From assembly GCA_012862495.1 (NCBI GenBank), contig BLSG01000154.1, positions 16,261 through 80,260 on the forward strand: a stretch of DNA of 64,000 nt, read 5' to 3'. A program made the position numbers and the translations under genes. The notes under the pieces are model-generated. The model had not been told where the DNA came from, did no database searches, and saw nothing but the letters and a program-made list of their open reading frames with translations. This DNA comes from Thraustochytrium aureum (Eukaryota). This document shows, piece by piece, positions 20,772 to 32,735 of the stretch (its first letter is position 1; each line of letters opens with the position of its first letter).

Positions 20772-23012
20772 TCAAAGGAGCTCGGCGGGCTCTTCCTTTT
20801 TGGCCGCTGAAAAGCGGCGCGCAACCGTGAAGAGCACCAAGCACCCAACGAGGAAAGAGGCGACCGAGATGCCCGCCTTGGCCGTGTCGCTGAGGCCTTC
20901 GCTTGGCTTGTCAGCGCTGGGCTCCTGTTGACCCTCGCCGTCGCCGTCGCCGTCGCCGTCGCCATTGCCGCCGCCACCGATCGTGACGAGGCTGTTGCTT
21001 GCGAGCATATAGACAGTCGACACGCCCGCCTCCGGGTGCTGGTTGACAAAGAGAAAGTAGTCGCACGTGTTGNNNNNNNNNNNNNNNNNNNNNNNNNNNN
21101 NNNNNNNNNNNNNNNNNNNNNNNNNNNNNNNNNNNNNNNNNNNNNNNNNNNNNNNNNNNNNNNNNNNNNNNNNNNNNNNNNNNNNNNNNNNNNNNNNNNN
21201 NNNNNNNNNNNNNNNNNNNNNNNNNNNNNNNNNNNNNNNNNNNNNNNNNNNNNNNNNNNNNNNNNNNNNNNNNNNNNNNNNNNNNNNNNNNNNNTACCCG
21301 ATTGGCCCAGACACCTCTGCTTTGTACGGCACCGAGGCGATCCGCGTCAACTCCTTCGTATGCGTGTTCATGGACCAGAGGTAGTTGAACTCGTGGCCAG
21401 AGGTGTCTTCGGCGACGAGGAGCTCCCCATAGCCCTGGATCGAAACGATGTTGTCCGGACTGGCAATGTCGTCCACGCGGCATCGGCCTCTGCCAGAACT
21501 CAGGTCCACATTCTCCCTACCACAGCGGAACGATGTCATGTTCACAATGTCGTACGTGCCAGGCTCTACGTCGAGGGCGTACACGCACCCGCACGAGTTT
21601 TCAGCGACGCGAATCTCGTTCCGGGTGGCCATATCGTAAAACTCCTCGTTGTCAAGCATCCCATCCGAGACGCTGGTCAGCGCAACGAAAAACCGCCCAG
21701 AGTCCTTGTCAAAGGTAATTCCCTCCCAGCGCGTAAACTCGGTGGTACCGCCCAGAAAGCCGCAGTACCGGCGCGTCTCGAAGAAGGCCGCAAGCTTGCG
21801 TGTCGCCGCGTCGTCGTTGGCGAGGCGCAGGCACTCCGGCGACCAGGTCGGCAGGCGACGAAAGTCGAGGCCCTTGTCGAGCTTGACCGAGACGGCCGTA
21901 AACCCGTCCGGGCAGGTGCGCAAATCCTTGTCAAAAGGCGCAGCCTCAAACATGTCCGAAAAGACCAGCTCACGCGCGAGCGGCTCGAGCTCGCTTCTGG
22001 CGTCAGCAGTATACCCAAGGTCGAGCCACGTGAGGTCAAAGGAACCGCCCTCAAGGTCCGAGGTCTGCTTTGCCACGGCGCAAGAGAGCGTGCCGGCGTT
22101 GAGGTCGCCGTACGAGTCGGCCTTGAACTTGAAGAACGGGACGTTCTTCTTGTCGTCCGAGCAGTAGACGGTCTTGCCGTCGGGCGCGACGAGGCAGAGC
22201 TCGGACGCGTAGCGGCCCAGGGCAAACAGCTTTTCAATCTTGTAGTCGCCCTTAGCGCTGGTGAGCGCAAACTCCCACTGGTGCCCGTACAGGTAAGGGA
22301 AAAAGTTGGCGCGGTAGTCCTCGGCAGTCGCCTCGGTGCCCGGGCCAGAGTTGAACCCCCAAAAGTACATTTGCTGGTAGAAAAGGGGCGCCTGCGAGAG
22401 AAAGACCGACGCGTTGCGGAGCAGGGTCTGCTCAAAGTCGTAGGCGTCAGGGTCGTCCTCCTCGCTCCCCAGGTGCGTGCCCCACGGGGTCACCGACCCA
22501 GAGCAAGGTGTCATGATGCCCCCAGCTTCAGGAAAGTAGACTGCCTCGTATCGGAGTGGTTTCATTGTGCAGTTCTGGACATCCTGCTCTAGCTCTACCA
22601 AGTAGGCGAGCGCTGGTGCCGGGCGCTCAAAGTGGACGAGAGAGAAGAGCTTGCCCGAGTCTTGGAACGTGAGGATGCTCGTAAAGTCGGGGCTGTCGCT
22701 GAACCGGATCGAGTTGTCCGTGTGGCGCCGCAGGATGTTGCCGTTGCTGTCCACGAGTGCGCCAAAGACGACGCCGTTTAACTCGTCGCCGATTTTTCCT
22801 ATGTCAAACATTTCGAGCGGCATCGTCACGTTGTTCTTCGTTACCGACTTGCTGTGGTACGTCCCCTGCGTCGCCCGGTCACCGAACGTGGGCTCTAGGT
22901 CGGCAAACTCGAGCGTGCCGAGGGACCCGCCGACATCCTTGGCCGCCGCGGCACTCGCCAGGGTGGCGGCGACGGCCACGGCCACCCGCAGAAGCGAGCA
23001 TTTGTGCGCCAT
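20772..23012 (-). CDS. PHOX: PhoX (DUF839) alkaline phosphatase with signal peptide and C-terminal TM anchor (gap 21073-21294)
   Basis: PCSGSVTPWGTHLGSEE, LGRYASE, TEFTRWEG, SPDNI, AEDT and QHP motifs. Hydrophobic N-terminus; TM AGISVASFLVGCLVLFTVA. Confidence 0.85.
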   Translation of the reverse strand: MAHKCSLLRVAVAVAATLASAAAAKDVGGSLGTLEFADLEPTFGDRATQGTYHSKSVTKNNVTMPLEMFDIGKIGDELNGVVFGALVDSNGNILRRHTDNSIRFSDSPDFTSILTFQDSGKLFSLVHFERPAPALAYLVELEQDVQNCTMKPLRYEAVYFPEAGGIMTPCSGSVTPWGTHLGSEEDDPDAYDFEQTLLRNASVFLSQAPLFYQQMYFWGFNSGPGTEATAEDYRANFFPYLYGHQWEFALTSAKGDYKIEKLFALGRYASELCLVAPDGKTVYCSDDKKNVPFFKFKADSYGDLNAGTLSCAVAKQTSDLEGGSFDLTWLDLGYTADARSELEPLARELVFSDMFEAAPFDKDLRTCPDGFTAVSVKLDKGLDFRRLPTWSPECLRLANDDAATRKLAAFFETRRYCGFLGGTTEFTRWEGITFDKDSGRFFVALTSVSDGMLDNEEFYDMATRNEIRVAENSCGCVYALDVEPGTYDIVNMTSFRCGRENVDLSSGRGRCRVDDIASPDNIVSIQGYGELLVAEDTSGHEFNYLWSMNTHTKELTRIASVPYKAEVSGPIGXXXXXXXXXXXXXXXXXXXXXXXXXXXXXXXXXXXXXXXXXXXXXXXXXXXXXXXXXXXXXXXXXXXXXXXXXXXNTCDYFLFVNQHPEAGVSTVYMLASNSLVTIGGGGNGDGDGDGDGEGQQEPSADKPSEGLSDTAKAGISVASFLVGCLVLFTVARRFSAAKKEEPAELL

Positions 23013-24041
23013 TCGTCCACGCGACTGGCTTGTGTTGTTGATTGATCGCAAGAAAGGAGAATCTCCCTTGGTTTCGTGTCGTGGGTTTCGGGTTTGCCCA
23101 ACGCTTGGAGCCCTCCCTTGCTGTCCAGAACATACGACGAAACAGTCTGCGACCACAGCAAGTTCTTGCTGGCATCCTTGCTGGGGAATGGATCTGCACA
23201 TCAGCGCCGTCGGTGCACACCGCATGCGGAGGCAAACGAGTTGACTCTGTTCTTCCGAGTCCTGCCAACCCACTCACCCACCCACCCACCCACCGCAGCA
23301 AACCCCGACTGATGGACTCAGAGCCAGTAAGCGGCCCCAGGAACGGAATGCGTTTGGCGCTCGCGACGCTCGCTCTCGTTTGCGTTCGTGGCGCCGTCGA
23401 ACAAGCAAGTCCACGATCACAAATCGGCGAATCTTGCGCGAGTCTATCACCTGAGACACGGGAGCCAAATCTGCCAGTGGCTCGTGCCAGTCGCCCGGTT
23501 GGTTGGCCGGTCTCAGCATCGGCGACGAAGCCACCCGGACAAGTCTGGACCGCTTGTTGCTGCTCATAGGCGGCTTGCTGCTTTGGTTGGTTTGTTGCAC
23601 GTGAATTGAGTTGAGTACGAGTAAGTACTGGTCGTCGAGTACTCTCGAGAGCTCGAGCTCTGCTCGGCCATGGATTGCTTGGCCACATACGCTGTCTCAG
23701 ATCTTCATGGGCATCGGGCTCCTGACAGAACGCAACCACAGCACCCGCGCCCGACTCTTGCGACGTCTTGCCGCGTAGTGCAGAATACGGTAGGTACCCG
23801 AAGATTCGCTGCAGCGCGTCGGCAGCATGCGAGATGCGCGTTTCGTGCCGGCCAGGAAGTTTGTGCCCCACGCCCGCAAGTCGAGAGCGCTCGGCGGGCG
23901 ACTGGGGCCCCCGTAGCTCATGCTCATCTCAGCGACAACGACCTGGGTTGTCTGACGGATTGATGATGATTGTAGAGTAAGTGATGATGATGATGATGGT
24001 GATGATGATGGTGATGGCGATCGAGGAAGGGATATCCGTGC

Positions 24042-24115
24042 CTGGCTGAAGCTCAAGCTTGGCTAGCCGCTGACGCGTGTCTGGCTGAAGCTCACGCTTG
24101 GCTAGCTGCTGACGC
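24042..24115. repeat. 39-bp period tandem duplication
   Basis: CTGGCTGAAGCTCA(A/C)GCTTGGCTAGC(C/T)GCTGACGC occurs twice. Confidence 0.8.
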
Positions 24116-24253
24116 TGCACGCTATGCTGCTGCGCGATCTCTAGCTAGGCGGATGAGGTGACTTACTCAACATTTCTTCGCATCGACTCGTGCTCCCATG
24201 TTGGGTGATAGAGCTTCTACCGTGAATTCTGCGCTTCCGCATAGTAGGCCCAA

Positions 24254-24319
24254 CGCCTGTGGCGGCCCATCGCCTGTGGCGGCCCATCGCCTGTGGCGGC
24301 CCATCGCCTGTGGCGGCCC
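24254..24319. repeat. 17-bp minisatellite (CGCCTGTGGCGGCCCAT) x~4
   Basis: Direct reading of the sequence. Confidence 0.9.
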
Positions 24320-25006
24320 CCATCCCGCACGCAACGATTCCTTTCCGGTGCGACGTGTCAACTTGGTGCGACGTGGAGCTGGGCTGGAGACCGCCGATGC
24401 GTCGAATCACCCTCATGAAGGAACAGGACGAGCTTTTGCTCCCAGACCACGTCCCAATGCGCACTTTCTTTACTGGATTTATCGGCATAATAGATGTGCT
24501 GAAAAGCCCTCGCTCGCGTACGTGGCATCCGCGACAGTCGCTGATTACACCCTTCGAAGAGCCAGACCCACGCGACACGGCTCTTTTTCCCAGCGTGTTT
24601 TTTGATGCCGTTCCCGGCGCCCGAGAAAGAGCAAAGCAAGCCTGCGCCAGCCCCAGCCCCTTGCTGGCACTCCCGACCGCGGTGGAAGCATGCCTGGTTT
24701 GCTCACCACTTCTTCTGAATGTCCAACGTCTGCTGCTCACCTACGGCGGCGAGGCGACGCTTGTCGCGGCAAAAACACGTCCCGCGCATCCCCGGTTCAC
24801 GTCGATTGATGAATGGATAGGCCGAAGTACTCTCCATGATGCACTGCACCCGCTCCCGATAATCGCTCAACTCGCACACGCTCTTGTTCTGGCTCGTCGC
24901 GCAGCCTCGAAAGCGGTTTCAGGCCCGGCCATCTCGACTCGCAACAAGGGATCAGCGACCGAGAACGGCGGGCAGACCAGACCCCGAATGGACCAACATT
25001 TTCGCC

Positions 25007-25999
25007 ATGGGGGCGACGAGGCCGGAGGAAGACGAGCGGCCGCGCCGCAATGAGATGATCCAGTTTGTAAAGCGCGCCGTACGCGAGTGGTTCACCGAAC
25101 AAGTTGAGATCCATGACGTCCTCCCTCACGCCTGGGACGGTCGCCAGTTTTATGTACTCAGCTCTGCTGGCATCGGCGCGGTGCAGGTTGCGCGCAGCGG
25201 CGCAAAGGTCTCGGTAAACCTCTCGCACTTTGATCAAGTCTGCAGCATCACGCGCGCCGCGGACGAGGACGGCGGTGGCGTTCGCATCGGCTGGAAGGCA
25301 CACTCTCGCGAGCGCATCCCCAAACGGCTCGGGGGCGGGATCTGGGACTCTTGGACTGTACCCGAGACCTGGCACCCTGAAGACTGCCCACGGCTTCTGT
25401 GCGCCCTGGCAGAGCTTTTAAAAACGCGCCGGTATGAATCGCGCCTCGTGCTGCGCCGGTTCTCCCAAGTCGAGCTCGCCGGCGATCTGGTTGGGGCCGA
25501 GCGCCAGCGCGTCATCCGCCTCGCGCGCGCCGCCGAGCCGAGCGCAGAAATCCGCGCCGTTTTCAAGTGCCGCCGCCGCTTTGGCGTCCTGGGACAACTC
25601 AAACGCTGGTTGGGCGACCGCGTCTACTACGCCGTTGCCTCGGACGCCGTGCACATCCTCGATCTCAGAGCGTCAACTTGCAGCACCGTGCCGTTCGACG
25701 AGATTGCCAACGTGCGCAGCGTGCGCCGGACAGCAGGAATCGAGGACGGGCCCTCGAGGTCGACCGCGAGAAACCGGGCTGTTGAGCTGCGCTACACAAT
25801 GTGGATGGCCAAACCGCGAAAGAGCTCCATTGACTCGGACGCTTCAACCTCGCACTTGCGGCCGCAACGCTTCGTGCAGCGGCGCGACTACTTGACGGTG
25901 AGAAAACCAGAGGTGTTGGAGGACTCGATCCGCCTGCACCTGGACGCCTACGCACGGTCAAAACGGACCTCCCCAGGCGTCGTGTGCCAAAGCTCATGA
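25007..25999 (+). CDS. hypothetical protein, possibly two PH-like modules
   Basis: Long ORF with gccATGG start and host-like codon usage. Two loosely similar segments (FYVLSSAGI...HFDQVCSI and YYAVASDAV...PFDEIANV). Confidence 0.55.
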   Translation: MGATRPEEDERPRRNEMIQFVKRAVREWFTEQVEIHDVLPHAWDGRQFYVLSSAGIGAVQVARSGAKVSVNLSHFDQVCSITRAADEDGGGVRIGWKAHSRERIPKRLGGGIWDSWTVPETWHPEDCPRLLCALAELLKTRRYESRLVLRRFSQVELAGDLVGAERQRVIRLARAAEPSAEIRAVFKCRRRFGVLGQLKRWLGDRVYYAVASDAVHILDLRASTCSTVPFDEIANVRSVRRTAGIEDGPSRSTARNRAVELRYTMWMAKPRKSSIDSDASTSHLRPQRFVQRRDYLTVRKPEVLEDSIRLHLDAYARSKRTSPGVVCQSS

Positions 26000-26134
26000 G
26001 CAGCGCCACGCGTGCTGTGCTTGCTACTCTAAGGTACCCTTTCAACTATAACAAAGACACAAGGCCTGATCAATCAAGAACAAGACAAACGTGTTGAATT
26101 TCTACGAAAACAGCGCGAGCGCTGGACGGGTCAA

Positions 26135-29100
26135 TTACGTTGCCTGCAAACTCAGTGCCGTGGACCCTTGGCCCTCCTCCCCCTCCTCCTCCTCTTCGCC
26201 CTCCGTGTCTACTCTGCCGGCGTCGGCCTCGCTCGCTGCCGTTGCCCGTGAGCCACCATCGGTAGCTGATGCGCTGCGGTTCCTTTCTGCGCAGAGAACG
26301 CGCGACGTTGCGTTCCCATCCACGCTGCCAGGGTGCGGTGGGGTGGCAACCCTGAGCGAGCTGCCGGGCGAGTCTGGCGGGGCTAACGGGAGTCGGCCAG
26401 ACGACCCCGCAGACGCTTGGCCGGTAAAGGTGTTTGACCGCGACCGCAGTGCCTCGCTCTTGGGCGGCAGCTTTGGCGACGGCGGTGGAGAGCTGCCCAC
26501 TTGCCCCCCGACAAACGCAGCACTTGATGGCGAAGCGGGGGGTGAAAGCAAGTCCTGCTGCTGCTGCTGTGATGATGATGATGAGCAGCGCCTGGCCTCG
26601 GGTATGGCAGGGTAGCGAATTTCCGCCCAACGAGAGCAGCCCGGCCCGAACCACGAGTCGGCGACAGAGCAGGCGGCGTCGAGGGAGGCGTTCGAGAAGC
26701 CAGTGGGGCGTACTCCGCTCCATCGACATTGCTGGGCACAGCGCGCACAGGCAAAGTCAACGGAGGCGGCATGGCAAAGCCACCTCCCGAGCCGTGTGTC
26801 GGCGAACTCACCGCGACTGCGTCATCCGTGTCAAGCCGGTCTTCAACCGGCACCATAGCTGCTGCGCTGCGCCGTGCCCCGCCGGTAAACGAGCTCAGGC
26901 GCTTTCGCAGATTGCGCTGCGAGGCAGAGCGCGAACCAATCGACGTCGGCCTCGAGAGCGTGCGAGAGTGGCCCGGCGACGCGACAGACGCTCCGCCAGA
27001 CTTGAGCGCGGCAATTGCCATGTTTGCCGCATCCATCGCTGCCCGCGCCGCGGCTTCAAAGTCGCCGGCCTTGCGGAAACGCTCAGCGGCGCGCTGTAGC
27101 TTGAAGGAGAGGTCGATCTCGCGGTTGATCGCGTCTCTGCGTTGGTCCGGGCTGTCAAACTCTTCATCCGCGTCATAGTCTTGCTCGACAGCGTCGCCCA
27201 CGCCGCACGCCCGCCCCTGGATGTTCCGCGGCACGTCCATGGAGAGCGCCAGCCGCAAGGCCTCCTCATCGATATATACGTCGTCGTCGCCTTGCGCCCC
27301 ATTGGGGACTAGTTTTGCGTTTGCAGGCCCAGAATTCGCCATGCAATCGTCGTCGACGGGGACAGGCCCGTCTCCAGGGCCGTTGGCGTCGGCGTCGCCA
27401 GTGGCCACATACTGCGAACCAGCCTTGCTGGTTGTCGAGGCGCTGCGTTTGCGGCGAAACGTGTCGCGCCCAAAGCACCACGTCGCGCAGGTCTCAACGA
27501 GCCGCCTCACCGACTCGACCAAGGTGTGGCGGATGGCAAAGACGACGTACAGAAAGAAGAGCAGGTTGCTCAGCACGATGGCCATCGTGCAGACCTGCTT
27601 GAACGGCAGCATCGTGTTGGGCGAGTAGATGAGCATTCCGCACATGAGCGTCAGGAACGAAATGGCCAGGCTCGTCGTCTCGATCACGTGCAGCCGCGAA
27701 ACCTCGCTGTACGGGCGATAGTGGACGTGGAGCACGATCGAGACCACAAGAACGAGCAGTCCCGCGTACGTCTGGATGTCGACGCCGACGGGTCGCAGCA
27801 CCACCGACACCGTGGCAAAGGCCGCCTTGCGCAGCATGATCACAATCTCCCAGAAGAACGTCTCTTTGCGGTACCCGCTGTAGATGAAGCCGTACACGGG
27901 ACGCCATTTTTCGAGCGCGTCAACGCCGCCAAGCACCGAGTCGACATCGCTCAGGTCAAGCCCCACCAAGGCGGTGCTCGCAGAACCCGCGCCGTGGTGC
28001 TGGAGGTGGTGCTTGCCCTCCACGGCCTCGTTGCCGGGGTACGTGATCGCTCCGGCGGTAGCCCCTCCGACGGGCGAAAACTGGCCGCCGTACGAGCTGT
28101 GCGGCGAACTGGCAAAGCTCGTCGCACCGGGGGTCAGCGCGCCGCTGCCGTCGCGCGACCCAAGGGCGCTGCGTGAGGTGGAGAAGCGACGCTTGAGCGA
28201 ACTGCGCACCCTTGCGTGTCGCTCGGCCATCGACTCTTTCCACACGACGCAGTACAACACGAAAGTGGCATACAGCGGGATGCCCACGGCGTAAAACGTC
28301 AGCATGAGCGCGCCTAGCACGATCCAGTCGGCGTGACGGCCGACCCAGCACTGAATCGTGTACTGCGCCTCCAGGAACGAGCGCCCGTCGATTTTCTCCG
28401 AGCAAGAGAAGAACTCAAATCCTGCACGGGTGAGAAACGGCTGCATCACGATGAGCAAGACGATGATGCTCACTATCACCTTTTCGCGCGCCGTCAGCGT
28501 GTCCCCGCTCGTGTCGCGGTATAGTGGGACAACGACCTTCCAGACCAAGACGAAAAACAGCGCCAGGACGACCGGCGCCATCGCGTAGCAGAGGCTCCTG
28601 GCCAAGAAAACCCAGTCAGACAGCCCGTATTCGGTTAGCAGCTCACCCGTCTTGGCGTCGAACCAGGCGTCCTCGTCCAGCGCGCCCCCGACCTGGCTCG
28701 CGTTGGCGCTCAGCGGAAACGGGAGGCTAGAGTCAACGTTGCTGGCGGTGCCCGAATAGAAGAGGCAATGCGTACTCAGCGCCGAGCTGCCGGCGGACGA
28801 GAGGATGTCGAAAACAGACATCATGCTCGCGACCATCGGCGGCCACTCGAGGGGAAACTTTTTGGTCATCGCGATGATCTGCAAGTGCGAGAGCACGATC
28901 TTGAGTACCATCACCTCGCGCCTTCTGGGCGCCCCGCGCGCGCGGATGGTCCGGCTGATGAGGTAGCACAGTGCTGCGACTCCGAGTCCGAGCCCTAGGA
29001 AGAAAAACCCGATTGTGCGCCCGCGCGAGTCGCACTCGAAGCAGCTAAAGGACGACCCGAGCGGGTAAAACCCTGGTGAGCACTCCTTGCACAGCGGGCC

Positions 29101-32100
29101 GGTGAACCCATCGCGACACCCGTTCATCGCGTCCACGGGCGGGAGAACGTTGGCATCCTGGCCTGCGGCGCTCGAGGAAGCGAGTGCGGAGCCAAAAACA
29201 GTGCCGTTCTCTGGATTCTCCATGAATTGGTCCCATGCCTCGGGGATGCGCAACAGGTACTCGTGGCTGGAGCTGACACCGAGGCAGGCCTCCGGGAAGG
29301 GGCACTTTTCGAAGCGCAGCGGGTTCCAGGCTGTCCGCCAGTAACCCAGTCGCGGCAGGATCGTCGTCTCGTCGCCATACCCGCAAAAGGCGCCCACTGG
29401 GCAAGGCAGGCATATCCCGTCGTCCCTTTGGTCTGAAAAAACTCGGGCCGGCACACGCACTTTTGGTTGACGACGGTAANNNNNNNNNNNNNNNNNNNNN
29501 NNNNNNNNNNNNNNNNNNNNNNNNNNNNNNNNNNNNNNNNNNNNNNNNNNNNNNNNNNNNNNNNNNNNNNNNNNNNNNNNNNNNNNNNNNNNNNNNNNNN
29601 NNNNNNNNNNNNNNNNNNNNNNNNNNNNNNNNNNNNNNNNNNNNNNNNAAGGGCTTTGCTCGTCCACAATGTGGTTGTTCTCGCACGCTGTGCATCCCGT
29701 TTGCTCCGGGTTGGGCTGGTGGCCGGTGGGGCAAAACTTGCACGAGCGCGAACCGGCCTCGTCTTGGAACTGGCCCAAGTCGCAGGCCCGGCAATAAGGC
29801 GTGGAGACCAGCATCGAGACGTCGCGGTACTGGCCGGGCGGGGCAAGGCTCGCACGCTCCCGACGCTTCGTTCTTTCCGTATCCGGCGCTGCACACGCAG
29901 GTGTACCCGGTGTCTGGGTGAGGTTCTGCGTTTGGGATCTCATGGCACAAGAGCGGCTGCGCTTGCAACAGGAAGGGCGAGCCTTTGATGTTTTGCGGCC
30001 CGGGCTCGGCGGTGATCTCGACCCAGTACAGCCCCGCCTGCCGAATCTCGAGCGGGCGCTTGAACGAGTTGTCGACCGAGTTGCGGTCGATGAACAAGGT
30101 GTGCGCGCGGTTGCGCGGCCGCACCACCGTCGCGTTTTCTGCAACCTGCACCACTGGCCACCAGGTCACGTTGAAACCCTCGTTGACCTGCTCTTCGGAA
30201 AACTGGCTCGTTAAGATCCCAAAGCTGTCGCGCGGCAGGATCTCCAATTCAGTATAAGGCAGATGCAACGTCTGAACGCCAACTGTCGCGTTGAGGACCT
30301 GCAGACCGCGTCGGTCCAGTGACCGCCCTCGGGCCGGTCCAAGCGCGCTGCTGGTCCAGGTTCCAGTTCCAAACGTCGGGAATGCGGCGTTCAAGCCAAG
30401 CCCAACGCTCAGATTGGTCGCTGGCCCGGGCTCGGCGACGACCTGGCCTCTGGGCTCCCACGCAAACGTTGTCTCGCTGGGGTCCACCACGCCGGGCAAA
30501 ATCTCGAGCTTTACTACCGAGCGCACTTTGAAGAGGTCGGCGTTGGTTCGATGGCCGACCTCCACGGCCGCCTCGTACAAGCCGGGCTTGAGCATCGTGC
30601 CGTTTACCAGGACCACAATCTCCGCTTTGTTGACGCCGCTCGTGCCGATCACGTCGCCGTCCTTGGTGCACTCAAAGCCCTGCTCCAGGCTGCCCTCCCC
30701 CGGGGCTACATGCAACCAATTGTAGGCAGGCGGTTCGCTTCCGTAGTCGATCGAGGAAACCCAATCGATGCGCTTGACCTGCATGTTGTACAGCGCGAGC
30801 GTGCGGCGGTCCACGGTGCCAATGTTCATCGTCCATGTGTTTTCCGAAGGAAGCAGGGACAAGGTCGGCTCGGAGACTGCGACTTTGAAAGGTATGGTGA
30901 TCAATTTCGGGGAGATGCCAGGATTTGGCACGACCTGCTCTGCGGTGATGTGCACATCGGCACTGGCCATGTATTCGCCGGTGTTGGCAAAGTCAGGCCC
31001 TTCCACCAGCTCCTCGTCCGGGATGTTGGAGCTCTTGACGAGAAAAAAAATCTTGAGCGAGGTTCGTGGCCACAGGATCGGGCGCCGGAGCCCGGAGGTT
31101 TCTTTGCCGAGGACGTCGTCGAACAAAGTAACCCAGGCGGGAAAGGTAATCACCAAGCGCACAGGAAGGTCGCCTGGGTTGGAGACTGTGACTTCCGTCA
31201 CCGAGGACGCTGGCTTGATGATGGCGAGCCGCACCTCTTGTTGTGCGGTGGTTGCGGACCCGCAGGTGGCCACAGCGTCGCGAATCTCGGCTTCGTCGTA
31301 GTTGTAAAGTCGCATGAACGGGATTGCGACTTGGCCCGTGTACGAGGCCCGAGCTCCGCTGCGCAGCGCCTCGAGGGCGTCGGCTCGGTACGTGCACTTG
31401 TTGGCACTTGCTGGGCCGCGGTCGCGCCGCACGCCCTTGGTGCAGATCTTTGTGCTCTCCCCGCACACCTCGCACGGCGTCCAGCTCGACCCCGAGGTTT
31501 TGAACGTTCCGCTGGGGCACTCGATGCATCGAAGTCTGTTTTGCGCCTTGCAGGTGCCGCCAAGGCTGTCGACATTCCAATCGGCGTTGAACTGCGTAGC
31601 TGGGCAAGAGCTCACGCACGGCGTCGGCGCCCGCGTCGGAGCGAGCGTTGGGGACCCCGTGGGCTTGGCCGTCGTTGGCGACACGGTTGGTCTTGGTGTT
31701 ACAGGGGAAAAGGTTGGGCGCGCGGTCGGCCGGGCCGTCGGGCTTCGCGACGGCTGCGCCGTTGGGGTCCGAGATGGCGCCAACGTTNNNNNNNNNNNNN
31801 NNNNNNNNNNNNNNNNNNNNNNNNNNNNNNNNNNNNNNNNNNNNNNNNNNNNNNNNNNNNNNNNNNNNNNNNNNNNNNNNNNNNNNNNNNNNNNNNNNNN
31901 NNNNNNNNNNNNNNNNNNNNNNNNNNNNNNNNNNNNNNNNNNNNNNNNNNNNNNNNNNNNNNNNNNNNNNNNNNNNNNNNNGTCGGCCTTCGCGACGGGG
32001 CGGGTGATGGTTTGAGCGTTGGCGGGTCGGTCGGCGCGCTCGTTGGCAGCGCGTTGTCGAGCTCTCTTGCTAGCCCTCCTCTTGGGCTTGCCTGTCCATT

Positions 32101-32199
32101 TGCAGCTGAGGCAAGCGCGAGCGCTGCTACAAGCGCGAATGCTGTTCTGGCCCACCACCACCCAGGCCGCCTTCTGACCCGCCGCCGCTGCTGGCTCAT
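26135..32199 (-). CDS. giant receptor-like membrane protein: signal peptide, PT-rich stalk, Ig/filamin-like domains, TNFR/ephrin-like Cys repeats, multi-TM domain; gaps and frameshifts (~29845, ~26600)
   Basis: ORFs 31699-32241, 29045-32296, 26383-30144 and 26135-26551 chain together. PTxxPT repeats, IKGSPF, CxxCPxG repeats, GFTGPLCKEC, many TM helices, YGFIYSGYRKETFFWEIVIMLRK. The exact 3' end is uncertain (26383 if there is no second frameshift). Confidence 0.75.
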
Positions 32200-32652
32200 T
32201 TTCCGAGGCGCGCTCGCTGAACGATGAACGAAGCCCCCCACCCAGGACTCCGCCTCGCCCGCCAGCGCTAGAAACTGCGAGCGAGCAATCGAGCAAGCGC
32301 GCCCACCAGCGCCAGGCCTACCAAGACGCAGCTGCCGTCGCGGCGGCCCGTCCCTGTCCGCGTTTTCGTTCGAGTCGTGCAGCGCAGCGCGTCCAAAGGC
32401 CGCAAAAGTTGCCCCGCCTCAAACGCAAGACTCACCGGGCGGCCCCGGGGCTCGCGTGCCGCGGCGACCTCGCAGTCGACGCCGCGCGCCTGCTAGCGAG
32501 CGAGCAGGGCTTCCGGCAGGAAGGATGTCAGGAAGGTGTCGGGGGACGTCAGATGAGGACGCAGGATGTCTGTCACACAGGGAGCGCAGGATCTCATACA
32601 GGCAGCCAGGCACGCAGGCTGGCTGTCAGGCCGCCGCGCAGGATTTCAGCCA

Positions 32653-32735
32653 GGCTGGCAGGCACGGCGGCTGGCGGGCACGGCGGCTGGCAGGCACGGC
32701 GGCTGGCAGGCACGGCGGCTGGCAGGGCGGCTGGA
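32653..32735. repeat. 16-bp minisatellite (GGCTGGCAGGCACGGC) x~5
   Basis: Direct reading of the sequence. Confidence 0.85.

Noticed and set aside
6892..23012. Functional clustering of AP-3 sigma with the dileucine-bearing PhoX
   Set aside because: They are 13 kb apart with unrelated genes between, so the proximity is probably chance.
24259..25053. 264-aa ORF upstream of the hypothetical gene
   Set aside because: It starts in a minisatellite and shows weak codon bias with no motifs; it cannot be supported as coding.
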